From NCBI GenBank assembly GCA_000004985.1, contig GG738851.1: 64,000 bases of DNA. One strand, 5' to 3'. The notes under the pieces were generated by a model that worked only from the letters and a program-made list of their open reading frames with translations, was not told where the DNA came from and searched no databases. Positions 45,301 to 53,669 of this stretch are shown here, piece by piece. The first letter of the stretch is position 1; each line of letters starts with the position of its first letter. Source of the DNA: Naegleria gruberi. Taxonomy: Eukaryota. A program made the position numbers and the translations under genes.

Positions 45301-45981
45301 TGCAATACTTGCACTCGCTGCAAGAGATCCTTCTGGTGTATTTTTGTCCTCCACGCCTGTTCCTGCTATGGTATAGATGGTCCCATTAACTATCTTTCGT
45401 ATCGTATATTTGTAAGTATCACTAACATAAATTACATCATTTGCTTCATCAACTAGCAAACCAAATGGAGCACCCAGTTTGGCATCCAATGCAGAAATAT
45501 TACTCGAAAGATTTGAACCACCACCAGCTAGTAAGAGCATTGTATCTTGGCCATAGGAATTTTTATAGACCTTTCGAAGAGTGTTTTCATCTGTAAAGTA
45601 AACCTCTCCTTTAGAATTCACTGCTACACAAAATGGCCAATGAATTGAAGTGGTGGCAGGTGTGGGTCCTTTTGGAAAGTTTGTAGAATCAAAATTATAA
45701 TTGGGATTTCCAGCGAGAAAGTAAGAGTTTCCATCTGGTTTAATGTATCTGATCTGATTGTTTAAATAATCAGAGTAGTATATATTTCCAGTAGTGGAAG
45801 AAATAGCAATAGTTTGTGGCCAAAACATGCCAACAGTTAATGCGTTTTGCCCATCTCCATTAAATCCTCCAAGTAGTGTTGTTATCTTGTAGTTAACATT
45901 TGATGCAGTAGATTGGTCTCCTTTGGCGTTCGCTAGCAGAAGTAAGACAAAGATATACGTCATAAGATTAGAACATGACAT
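39343..45981 (-). CDS. giant adhesion-GPCR-like receptor: signal peptide, NHL-repeat beta-propeller region, EGF-like, GPS motif, 7TM, C-terminal RGS domain
   Basis: Uninterrupted 2212-codon ORF. N-terminal signal peptide MSCSNLMTYIFVLLLLANAKG. About 900 aa of NHL-type repeats. EGF repeat CFGKLSNDPNVCSGNGKCIGIDTCKCHEGVKFVGNEC. GPS motif CQFWNETNQRWESHGCSIFSFNNKTNQLICQCNHATLFAAF lies immediately before 7 hydrophobic helices. RGS box KLIEHSEGLKLFEWFCEKEYSLENLQLYLELRNN sits after TM7. Confidence 0.85.
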   Translation of the reverse strand: MSCSNLMTYIFVLLLLANAKGDQSTASNVNYKITTLLGGFNGDGQNALTVGMFWPQTIAISSTTGNIYYSDYLNNQIRYIKPDGNSYFLAGNPNYNFDSTNFPKGPTPATTSIHWPFCVAVNSKGEVYFTDENTLRKVYKNSYGQDTMLLLAGGGSNLSSNISALDAKLGAPFGLLVDEANDVIYVSDTYKYTIRKIVNGTIYTIAGTGVEDKNTPEGSLAASASIAKVLTLTFHPLTRELIYLEETGRVRRITNEGRIFTLYSGTNGAIGMVFDSFGDFYLAESTHQIVKISNSVRTVVANDAGVAAFGGDGGLAINATLNNPTGLAISGRFLYVADTSNFRIRRIDLDTKIITTLAGNGLRKYMGIVGSSVALYRPRGTFYNSQTDELLIADWGNSRVIRLNSLSNYTSSKIEPILGTGNRAYSADGNFGNETDVIYPRSVVQSLSNGDIYVGSENLVMKLRKSDQRAVTIAGTRTTLAGDGYQGIYSQLSQPRGVCVGPTGDIYIVDAGNYVIRKIDSNGIISTFIGDGVSGYRDGDALTARIGFASAITCLSNGDLLISDSISDGMLFFGNYLNNQRIRKFTAKTNQVTTVAGTGVRSYSGDGGPAIIAPLNGPTGVYYNETNGDIIFCDSENYRIRKISNSTGLITTIAGTGVYSYNGDGLAALATNIAPFGISVHPITDEIYFSDMNSFMVRKIDSKGLIKTVIGYIPGCTGFSTTSYANKTCLNFPSQIIFSPNGDLFVAVYLDHIIKKMNYGSDVVYNVAGTGAKGVVQPPFSGDLEATSTNLNHPFGVAFSPFTNELIFSDTDFYRVRKVTPFGFVKTIAGGIGDNGLAVNAYVGFVRALALTDNEIYLSDSFYRIRKVSFSSGIITTFAGNYNYVEMEDNVPTNYTSLDIYDMKIRNNELVFSDRCSILKTNISGTGILTRVAGKKECGYVIDSMLLNQTTFSTNTTFGYSISFTYMSNGEMLIADTNNNVIRKVDLNGYSTIIAGNGTAGFNGDSDAKQAYLNNPQGLSVLSDGRIIFSDSGNDRIRMLSPYCKEEYYILTQSPEGLVCNLTSCFGKLSNDPNVCSGNGKCIGIDTCKCHEGVKFVGNECREERSLEIIGKPAGFVKGTSNSFYMSIVSVILKKGDFESIINSNNCTNCTWTNLKYSWKISDGNQTSFYVPESLIAYYHGKVSNGLFKLSFRPILSLKGTTSSLQGNVTLSVKFHNSMNITESVEFVESFPLISPPQRIHSNATILPQSGMALSSLFTIQEDLNNWIVPDPILGNLEFSFGFEFINSFGENSLIRLSEFSTNSSLTTYLPFIQNNRTNDMSFSSINLYVICRDSLFNEYPEFIGSVKVIPNSEDLNDLILRIRLNNVLANIVPYDQSANQNTDILYESIRSINIQFENPSLTLSVINQLTSSSLETKSAYIVSSKLDEYLSKVYEQVRIEKNSNGFISKQRMSDTDLFNTLSTTSNILLNGYVNISNICNQLSSIILSQQNAKVYSDSMVPNSYISHLINITTTSFFKTSNTGTISQIYNDVSFATDYILSKYDGYYSEIGLSLITFDENLYINGNSTQLTKSKEFTMYKSGSQISLSDLRDPIYITFTIDTNSSISNSSLLSCQFWNETNQRWESHGCSIFSFNNKTNQLICQCNHATLFAAFIEQETPSSTEYLRQISSLYIAQISFGSLFLLLSLTILTLLVTFRKSILVRSRFITPYIGITALIIECSMLLITQRGILLGYANSVIGNQQDFEQSQSTVIQLQNGDLVANIISNIFTIIVNTMTLTAFFSYLYQVVRFQVLKYFYHQIYIMFHSKEPKGETILKLTKLFLSTRVMLILMCLFISLNVIYWVLWVILIRVGVITSLTYTHIVSISFTCSILLLGFITCCIIGLELIMTCVSKRKEREIIQQGQENNEKTNLNFSLNDLITGKSLEKFENFTATKKALRMPLYGIREAFTRLDSPLYFRAEMCLFVMCFTCLVISQIIGLSGLSFRKENSLKMLLLNDSISLLFDILYMFSYLFVFGGYSLVILIIQKFKKKQLEKQDDDDDIRKLIEHSEGLKLFEWFCEKEYSLENLQLYLELRNNQNILESLNDFQQVKTVINHIYVTYIQMGALKEVNISSDCSKLFASLVKRLDSVDNLNVELESAENMGSKKTMNFPQGLKESITESIESLQNQIRFNLSDTLSRFIFTQQFKTYQEIVNYKENLLKQAKLEI

Positions 45982-46864
45982 TTTTTAAAGTTGACCCTTT
46001 GTGTGTGTTGTGTGATTGACACAAGAGACACAGTAGTGGTTTCTACTGAATTCGGTTGTTTAACTATTGGATCAGATGTCCCACTCCCGAGAATGGAAAT
46101 TATGATTGAAATTATTCAAAAAATAGAATTGTCAAAAAATTACAATATGTAAATGTGGTTCTCACCACTGGCCTCCATCCATAACTTTACAATCCAAACA
46201 TTTGAAAAATTGTGTCCACATGATCCAATCTCTTATGCCACCAATAGGTACAATCCCCATATAAATTTAAGTGGCCATCTATGAGTTTCTCTATTTTGTG
46301 GAACAAACTCAATCTAAATTTCCATTTCAATTTGGATCTAAATTTCTAACGTCTTTCCATTTAATTTGTTTAAAAGCACGTTCATAGCCAGCAGACAAAT
46401 TACATCAGCCTCCTATCGGAAGAGTGCACGAAATACAAATAATATGCATTTCATTCTAATTTGGATTTGGTAGCATTGACAAAATTTACATTGTAATAAT
46501 TATTTAGAATAATTTAGATCGGAAGAGAATGCATCCTCTCTGATGCACAAGATGATGACAATGTACTTGTTGACCTTTTGTTTTCGCTCATTTTTTTTAA
46601 AGTCTTTGGTTCATTCTTCCCAGCTTATGGTAAGGCAATGGTTTCTCAATACAGAATATGAATCAGCAACAATGTTCAAGCAGTATTGGATTTATTGATG
46701 AAGGAACGTACCACTATCTGTATTGCCCATATCAGACTTTCAACTGTTGGAAATTCAGATAGGATTTGTATTTTGGCTAAAGGTATCTTGAAAAGAGACA
46801 GATACTCATACTGAATTGATGACCATAGAACAAATTGCACTTTCAAGTTCTACACATTTAAAAA

Positions 46865-47872
46865 ATGTCCACCACACTCGTAGAGCTGTATCACTCTCCT
46901 GATATTCTTTCTCATGTTTTTTCTTTCCTTCCACTTGAAAGCATTGCCATGATGGAAAGATCATGCAAACATTTCGCAACCCTGTTGAGAGCCGACTACA
47001 TTGATAAGACAATATATTACCATTATATTTGTCAATTATTTAAATTAGATCCGAGCATCATGATGAAGGATGATGACACTTCATTATTACACATGTTTGA
47101 TCAGTTTTTGCAAGAAGAAAATTGCAGGGAGTTATTGATAGAGTTTTTTAGAGCTCCATTCATAGGAAATCGAGTTGAGAACAATGATCCTATTAATTCA
47201 TATTCAAATAAGGGAGGAGTTATTGATTTTAGTATTTATGTTCCTTGCAAATTATTGAGGGGATTATTAAGTCATTGTAAATATGATTTGGATGAAAATA
47301 TCAAGAGAACTTTACACAAATTTTTATTATTTGCTGGTGTTTCGTATTGGACTTTGGAAGTGGATTCGAAATTTCAATTAGCTAAATTGAATAGCAATGA
47401 GGTATTTACATTTAGAAAAAATCCGTACTCTTCCAATTCATTCCCATTCACACAATATTCAATGGGAAAGGGTCTGATAATGTTGTTGAATAATAATTTT
47501 AAAGAAATTGATCCAGAATTTTCACTTGCTATTTCACTTTCAGGTCCAGAGGATAGTGTAATCCTTTATAATGAACTTATTCGAAATGCTGAACCACCAG
47601 AAATGTGGGATGATATATTTTCACAATGTTCAAATCCTCCCTATTCCATGCAACCAGCAAATGAGGAAATTCAAGCACTAACCTCTCAATTATATAATGA
47701 TCATGATGGAAGTTGTGAACACTATTGTTGGAATGATTTTCTTCTTGAGGATTATTCTTCATGGTCAAGTTATTGGCTTGCTGGAGCTGAATGGTGGGGA
47801 TGTTACTCATTGACAACTTATGATTACAGTAAGCAACAATTTGTTATTGCAACTGCATCCACAACTGATTAA
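46865..47872 (+). CDS. F-box-like protein
   Basis: 335-aa ORF. N-terminal LVELYHSPDILSHVFSFLPLESIAMMERSCKHFATLL has F-box character. It is divergently arranged with the receptor gene, about 880 bp away. Confidence 0.55.
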   Translation: MSTTLVELYHSPDILSHVFSFLPLESIAMMERSCKHFATLLRADYIDKTIYYHYICQLFKLDPSIMMKDDDTSLLHMFDQFLQEENCRELLIEFFRAPFIGNRVENNDPINSYSNKGGVIDFSIYVPCKLLRGLLSHCKYDLDENIKRTLHKFLLFAGVSYWTLEVDSKFQLAKLNSNEVFTFRKNPYSSNSFPFTQYSMGKGLIMLLNNNFKEIDPEFSLAISLSGPEDSVILYNELIRNAEPPEMWDDIFSQCSNPPYSMQPANEEIQALTSQLYNDHDGSCEHYCWNDFLLEDYSSWSSYWLAGAEWWGCYSLTTYDYSKQQFVIATASTTD

Positions 47873-48857
47873 AATTGAGTGAAATTTTACTATATTTGGC
47901 AGAAATAAGATTGTTTTATTTGCATCTGATAACATTAAAAAGACTGAAAAGTACTTGCTGGTTGCCCTTCAGCAACAGAAATAATATTAACTGTTGATGG
48001 TTTAGAACCAGTCAAATTTCATCTTTGGCACTAGTATTTGGTACTTGGCTTGTGTCTTGATTGCTTCTGCCTCATTCATTAAGATTCTCTTGAAAGAGAA
48101 CTTGATTTGAAAATCAAAAAGGAAAAACCTTCACAGTAATAGTAGTTGAAGCTCAGAAATTGGAGAGTCAATTTGATCAAGTGAAATGTTGAGTGTTCCT
48201 GAGGACCCAAGTTTGATTGATGGTACAGCACTTAGTTAGAGAATTAATTGGCTAGGCAATCATTGTAAAACCAAAATATTAATATTCAATAATGCACATT
48301 CAACGTTTATCTACTGAACTCCTAATTCATAACATTCTAATGTCAATTCTGTGTTTGCTCCATGTTCAATTATGACAAAGAAGTCAAATCATGAAAAAAC
48401 AAAACAACGACCATAATTCAGTTTTCAAAAACCATCCATCGAGAGAGGTTTTTAAGATTTGTTCGACTTTACACTCTTTGCTTTCTTCATACTTACCTTG
48501 AAGGACATTTCAGTGATCATGCAGACTGAAATGTGAATCTGGAAACTCTCCTCCTTGCACTCAGAGAATGAGTAGCCAGTGTTTGGTCAATAATCAAAGT
48601 GGTTGTTGCCCTCCTTCTCAATTTTTTCCTGTGAGGATTCATCAGGTATGATTTCTCGCTCTGTTAAATAATAGAAATTCAATGAAAATATGTGTGGAAG
48701 TGGTCTTGCATTCAAGAAGGCAATTTGTGAACTATTCAACAATGGAATTCGAAGAATCTCCAACAACTCAATTCAAAGTCATCCATATTTTGCCAATATA
48801 AATCGTCAAATTGTAAATGATTGTGAGAAATTTAATATTGAATGGTATTAAGAAATA

Positions 48858-48863
48858 AAAAAA
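48858..48863 (-). terminator. Pol III T-run terminator of the 5S gene
   Basis: Oligo-T on the transcribed strand (plus-strand aaataaaaaaa) lies directly 3' of the 5S 3' end. Confidence 0.5.
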
Positions 48864-48981
48864 GACTACAGCACCACAGGTTCCCAAGTTGTCTCCAACC
48901 TCAGTACTGATGTGGCTCTACGATGCTTAACTTCTCAAATCAGACGGGATGAGGTGTATTCATCGTGATATGGCCGTAGCC
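48864..48981 (-). rRNA. 5S ribosomal RNA
   Basis: Minus-strand sequence GGCTACGGCCATATCACGATGAATACACCTCATCCCGTCTGATTTGAGAAGTTAAGCATCGTAGAGCCACATCAGTACTGAGGTTGGAGACAACTTGGGAACCTGTGGTGCTGTAGTC is followed by a T-run. It matches the eukaryotic 5S consensus blocks (CGGCCATA, CCCGTC.GAT, GAAGTTAAGC, AGTACT, GGGA.AC, GGTGCTGTAG), and helix I (GGCTAC/GTAGTC) pairs. Confidence 0.85.
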
Positions 48982-49779
48982 ATTCATCAAATCAAAATAA
49001 CAATCTTAAACAGGCTATACATGATTAAGGGTCAACTATCTCTGCAAAATATGTTGCTGGGATCTTTAAACATTGTTTGTATATATTTTGTTTTACTATT
49101 CAATGAATAATTTATTAAAAACAATTGAGAGAATCTATGAGTTTGTTCTTGTTTTTTCTTGAATTCAAAACATTTTCTTGCTTTTTATACTTGTTTTGAG
49201 ATGTTTATATTTTAAGAAAGTAGTTCTTGGGTCAATAATCAATTTTAACTTGTTGTTTGTGAAATGCAATTTGACTCTTAATGAAAATGTTCTGATTTTG
49301 AATTGGAAAAATTTAATACTAGTAAAATGGTTTGAGAACAACTATTCATTACTCAAAATCAATCTTTAACTTTATGAAAAGATATACCGTAGCCATTTAT
49401 TGCCTTAATACAATGAATAAATCAATAAAAAAATAAAGGAATAAGTTAAGATATTTAAGTTGAGATATTATTGTTGTCTTTCAATTGTTAATTTAGACGG
49501 GAAGCCTGCCAGGAATATGGCGACTATCCCGCTACAGTCTTTGACTGTATGAACAGTGAAGGCAAGAGTTCTGGACGAATCTTGTTGTGTTTAAATAACA
49601 GGTTGTTGAAGAATTTGATAAGGTTAATCAACCTTCAATTTATTGAAAACTAGACAAGTTTAATTGCTTGATGCAAATTTTGGTTTGATTTTTTCTGCAT
49701 CAATTCTAAATTGAAACTTCATCTATTTCAAAACACATTATTTTATTTACAATTTACTGAATTATTTACAAGTTGTAAT

Positions 49780-50070
49780 TTACATCTTTTTCGATTTGGT
49801 AATCTTCTTTGTTGTGGTGGTTGATTGTTGTTTAGCTCTCTTTTCAATTGAATTTTTAGAAGATCTTTTCACTGAAATTTGTTTACCATTTAAATTTGCA
49901 TGATGATAATCAATATTATTACGATGTCTAGTTCCACTTATAATATTTGAAGTATCAATATCAAATAATGGTAATCTTTTAGTTAAATCAATTGGTTTAG
50001 ATCTTGACCAGACTGTTTTTGTTGGAATTCTATCTTCGGAAGAATTTGATGAAGTATTTCTAGCTGGCAT
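49780..50070 (-). CDS. small basic Ser/Thr/Lys-rich ORF (possible nuclear or ribosome-associated protein); uncertain
   Basis: 96-codon ORF between the two 5S genes. ATG context is aaaATG. Very basic C-terminus KRAKQQSTTTTKKITKSKKM. No homology recognised. Confidence 0.3.
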   Translation of the reverse strand: MPARNTSSNSSEDRIPTKTVWSRSKPIDLTKRLPLFDIDTSNIISGTRHRNNIDYHHANLNGKQISVKRSSKNSIEKRAKQQSTTTTKKITKSKKM

Positions 50071-50363
50071 TTTGCTCTTAGTGTTTGTTATTTAGTTATT
50101 TTGTTTTGTTGTGGAAATATCATCATCCGATCAGTTATCTATTTATTTACAAGATGATTTCCACTAATTTTGTGATTCCGATTTTTAGTGCATCACAAGA
50201 ATTTGAATTTTTCTATTAATATTTTGATGAAAGGAAATTTAATACAAATCAACAAAACAAATTGAAGAGAAAATGAGAAACAAACAATTCAAAATGTGGT
50301 AAATCCTTTTAACTCCAATTTTGTAAACCTAAAGGCCTCCTGTAGATTTTTCTAAGACAAAAA

Positions 50364-50481
50364 GATTTCAGCACCACAGGTTCCCAAGTTGTCTCCAACC
50401 TCAGTACTGATGTGGCTCGACGATGCTTAACTTCTCAAATCGGACGGGATGAGGTGCATTCATCGTGATATGGCCGTAGCC
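50364..50481 (-). rRNA. 5S ribosomal RNA, variant or possible pseudogene copy
   Basis: Same orientation as the other 5S gene and exactly 1500 bp downstream of it. It has about 6 substitutions. Two fall in the 3' strand of helix I (GAAATC instead of GTAGTC), leaving two mismatches against GGCTAC. Flanking sequences are unrelated. Confidence 0.7.
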
Positions 50482-50956
50482 ATCATTATTTTTAAAATAT
50501 GAAATTTCAATCAAAAGAGATTCGGGACTAGTAGCAAAAGGACGGATCGTTTTTATCTCCACCGTACAAATGATAATCTTTACTGTGTTAAAATCTGATA
50601 ATTCACTTTTCTAAACGAACAGAACAATGATCACACCAAGCACGTGAACATCTAATGAGCATACTAGCGTTAACTAGTATTTTATTATTAATAATAAATT
50701 ATGGTTGTTTGATTGGGGTATTTAAGTACAAAGGATGTTGAAGATGATCATCAATGATTCTGTGTTAATTTCACAAATCCACAAATCTTTACACTCGTGT
50801 GTGAATATATCTGACACGAATTTTGGAATATATATATAATACATCAAAATGTTAAAATTCATCACACATGCCACACACAATAGTAGTGGTACATTAAATG
50901 TGAAAATCCAACACAATCATGTGAGTGATCATTTTCTAAATAAAAAGGAATTTGGT

Positions 50957-51493
50957 TTAGTTGATGAAAGCCTTACCAAGGAATTTACGCTTGCTGAATT
51001 GCATCCAGTACTTGTCAGCAACACCATCTTCCTTGAAAATTAATTTAGCCAAACGCAAACCTAATTCTTCCTTAGCTTGCCTCATGTAGGAATCCCATTG
51101 CTTCTTTTCATTGGTATCTCTTGGCTTATCGTAGAAAGCAATAAGAGCAAAGGAAGAATCACCTGGACCTGGGAGAGCTTCTTCACTCAATTGGAAGTAG
51201 AGTTTATCAGCATCGGCCTTCTTTGTTGTCTTCTTGTTTTCAGTGTGCTTCAACAAGAAGTGTGTGTACATGGTGAGGTAAATCAATGTACGATCAGCTG
51301 GGCTTTCAACTTGGTAAGATCTAAACAACATGTTAGACTTGAAAAACTTTAAAACTTCATCAATAATATCTTCCTTGTTTTCATCGAGTTCCTTTGGAGC
51401 AGGTCCCTTGACTTTAGTCTTCAATGGCAAGATTGCGGTACCACAATAAACTTCGCATTTAGCATCTTTGAATGAACTATGATAAGCTGGCAT
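50957..51493 (-). CDS. ARPC3: Arp2/3 complex subunit 3 (ARPC3, p21-Arc)
   Basis: 178-aa single-exon ORF. Similarity to ARPC3 orthologues runs along the whole length: MPAYHSS..., ILPLKTKVKGPAPKE, DIIDEVLKFFKSNMLFRSYQV, DRTLIYLTMY and ELGLRLAKLIF. Confidence 0.9.
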   Translation of the reverse strand: MPAYHSSFKDAKCEVYCGTAILPLKTKVKGPAPKELDENKEDIIDEVLKFFKSNMLFRSYQVESPADRTLIYLTMYTHFLLKHTENKKTTKKADADKLYFQLSEEALPGPGDSSFALIAFYDKPRDTNEKKQWDSYMRQAKEELGLRLAKLIFKEDGVADKYWMQFSKRKFLGKAFIN

Positions 51494-52796
51494 TTTGATG
51501 ATGATTTAAAAATTGATGATGAGTTTAATCGTTGTTGAATCTCAGGCAAGAAAAATTCCCTCTCAAAATTTTAATATTTTTTTTTGATGACTTGCTTGTT
51601 TTCCATCACAACTCGAAGGCTTGCTGATTGATGAATAAAAATCACCATCATCAGATTTTTCCAATCACCATTGAATTCTTTTGGTTATTAATGTTTGGAA
51701 AGAGGTAGTTTTGAGTGAATGGCTGATTGGAGGAGGCTTCTTGACAACATGTTGTCTACCTACAATGAGATTATCTTTGCTTTTGAGAATGAAATGGTTT
51801 AAATCAGGCTGGACCTCTCTGGGTTGACTTTGAAAAAATCAACACGAAAAAAAATTAAAAATTCTAAAATTTTGCATTTTCATTCAACAACTGCATATCC
51901 ATAATGAAGTTAGTGATGCATTATATCAAAATTGCAAGGGATGATCAAATTCTAAAAGATGCAGCAGCTTTTTTAGCCAAGCAGAGAAAACCAAGCTTGT
52001 CCAAAAAGAAGCAGTTTGCTCAACGGCGCTTGTTTTGATGGTGCGAGTTTTTCAATTCACCCAAAAAAAAACCACTCAAACCCTATCAGTCTGAACAAAC
52101 AAGTGTTGGAGCTTGTTGCTCTCTTTACTCTACTTATCCGACCCGAATATATTCATCATACCACCATCACTCTTTGAAAGAGAGCACACATTCTTGTAGT
52201 CATTGTGTATTCCGTATTACAACTTATCATCAAAGAGAGTTTTTTCCAGAATCCGCGCCCATTCTTTGCAAACTTACTTGGAGAATCCAAAAATAATCAT
52301 CACTGTAGAGCATTAAAGCAAAGAGAGCAGAAGAACACTTGATCTGTTAGAGTTCATAGAAGATCTTGCACAATTATCATCCAAAGTACTCCTCCGTTAT
52401 TTAAAGTAGTAGGTGCTGAGAGTGAATCACTACCCTGCTATTATTTCCAACATCAAGCGCTTGACTTGTTTCATATTTAAATTTTCATTACGTAAAAAAA
52501 AGCCAACATCGGCTTCCTTTGAATCCCAATCACCACCACGATCCTTTGTGTTGTTGGACAGCTGTTGCCTCTCACTATTTGCTGCTCCTTCATTCATTTC
52601 CTTACACTTCATTGTCCCCACTACTCATACATTCCTAAGCTTTTCCTACCCAAACCCTTGTATACAACATTGTACTCTAACAAGAACATTCAATTAATTG
52701 TACCATTTACTATTCATTCAACAAGCAATTAGAATACACCATTACTACTACAACTAATACCACCATCACTTGAATAACACCATCCGATAGTCAACA

Positions 52797-53411
52797 ATGG
52801 ACTTTTTTAAGAATACTCTAGACCTTCTGAAAAGAGACGATACCAAGCTTTTCAAGAATACCATCTCTCCTGCCTCACACAAGAGTTCTCCTGGTGTCAA
52901 TAGTTACAATGGAGAAACCACTTTACCAGTTTCTACTAATCCATTACCAATTTCCAATGGAACCAATGCTACTACAACTCCTAATCTCCCAACCACTTCC
53001 AATAATGGTAATAATGGATTGCCTTCTGTGAATGGAGTCCCAAAAAATCAACCTTCCACAACCACAACAACCAATTCAATCAATCCACCATCTCCAATCA
53101 CTTCCCCAAATACTAGTGAACAAGAATTATGGAAGTTGCTAGAAAAACAAAGACAACGTAAGTATTTTTCAATCAATTATACTAATAAGGAAAAAGTTCG
53201 TAAACAACGAAAACCTCAACCCTCTTCTACAGTTCCTCTCTCAAACATTCCCAATATGACTAGTCAGAATCCTCAACAAATTAAACCAGCCAATCCTTCA
53301 GTGAAGAGAAAGATTGGAGGAGGTGGTTTAATTCAACAAGTTAATGTAAATAATGGACCAACAGTCAAGAATCAACAGCCACCAAAGAAGATAAAAACAG
53401 ATATACGTTAA
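52797..53411 (+). CDS. low-complexity N/T/P-rich protein with basic, NLS-like C-terminal segments
   Basis: 204-codon ORF with an N-terminal MDFFKNTLDLLKRDD segment. KRKIGGGG and PPKKIKTD segments resemble nuclear localisation signals. It is preceded by an unusual pyrimidine-rich leader of about 600 nt. Confidence 0.45.
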   Translation: MDFFKNTLDLLKRDDTKLFKNTISPASHKSSPGVNSYNGETTLPVSTNPLPISNGTNATTTPNLPTTSNNGNNGLPSVNGVPKNQPSTTTTTNSINPPSPITSPNTSEQELWKLLEKQRQRKYFSINYTNKEKVRKQRKPQPSSTVPLSNIPNMTSQNPQQIKPANPSVKRKIGGGGLIQQVNVNNGPTVKNQQPPKKIKTDIR

Positions 53412-53669
53412 GTTTGAAGCCTTATTCCATTTCAACGTGTTTAGGAATATTGGATAACACTATCAGAAGACCATTAATACTACTACAACTATTCAGGTAG
53501 TACCATACAATAGTCTTTGATTAAGGATAAATCGAGTGAGATCACTCGATTAACATAGATGCAATTCTAACTTGATCACTGAAGAGAAGTTCTTGTATCG
53601 TCCACATACGAAACAAGATCATTCAATAATAGTTGTTTTGATCACATTTCAATAAATAATTTCTAGGCT

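Noticed and set aside
53150-53185. A possible intron, gtaagtatttttcaatcaattatactaataag, inside the 52797..53411 ORF
   Set aside because: It is 32 nt long, not a multiple of three, and the frame is open through it. Removing it would shift the frame onto a stop.
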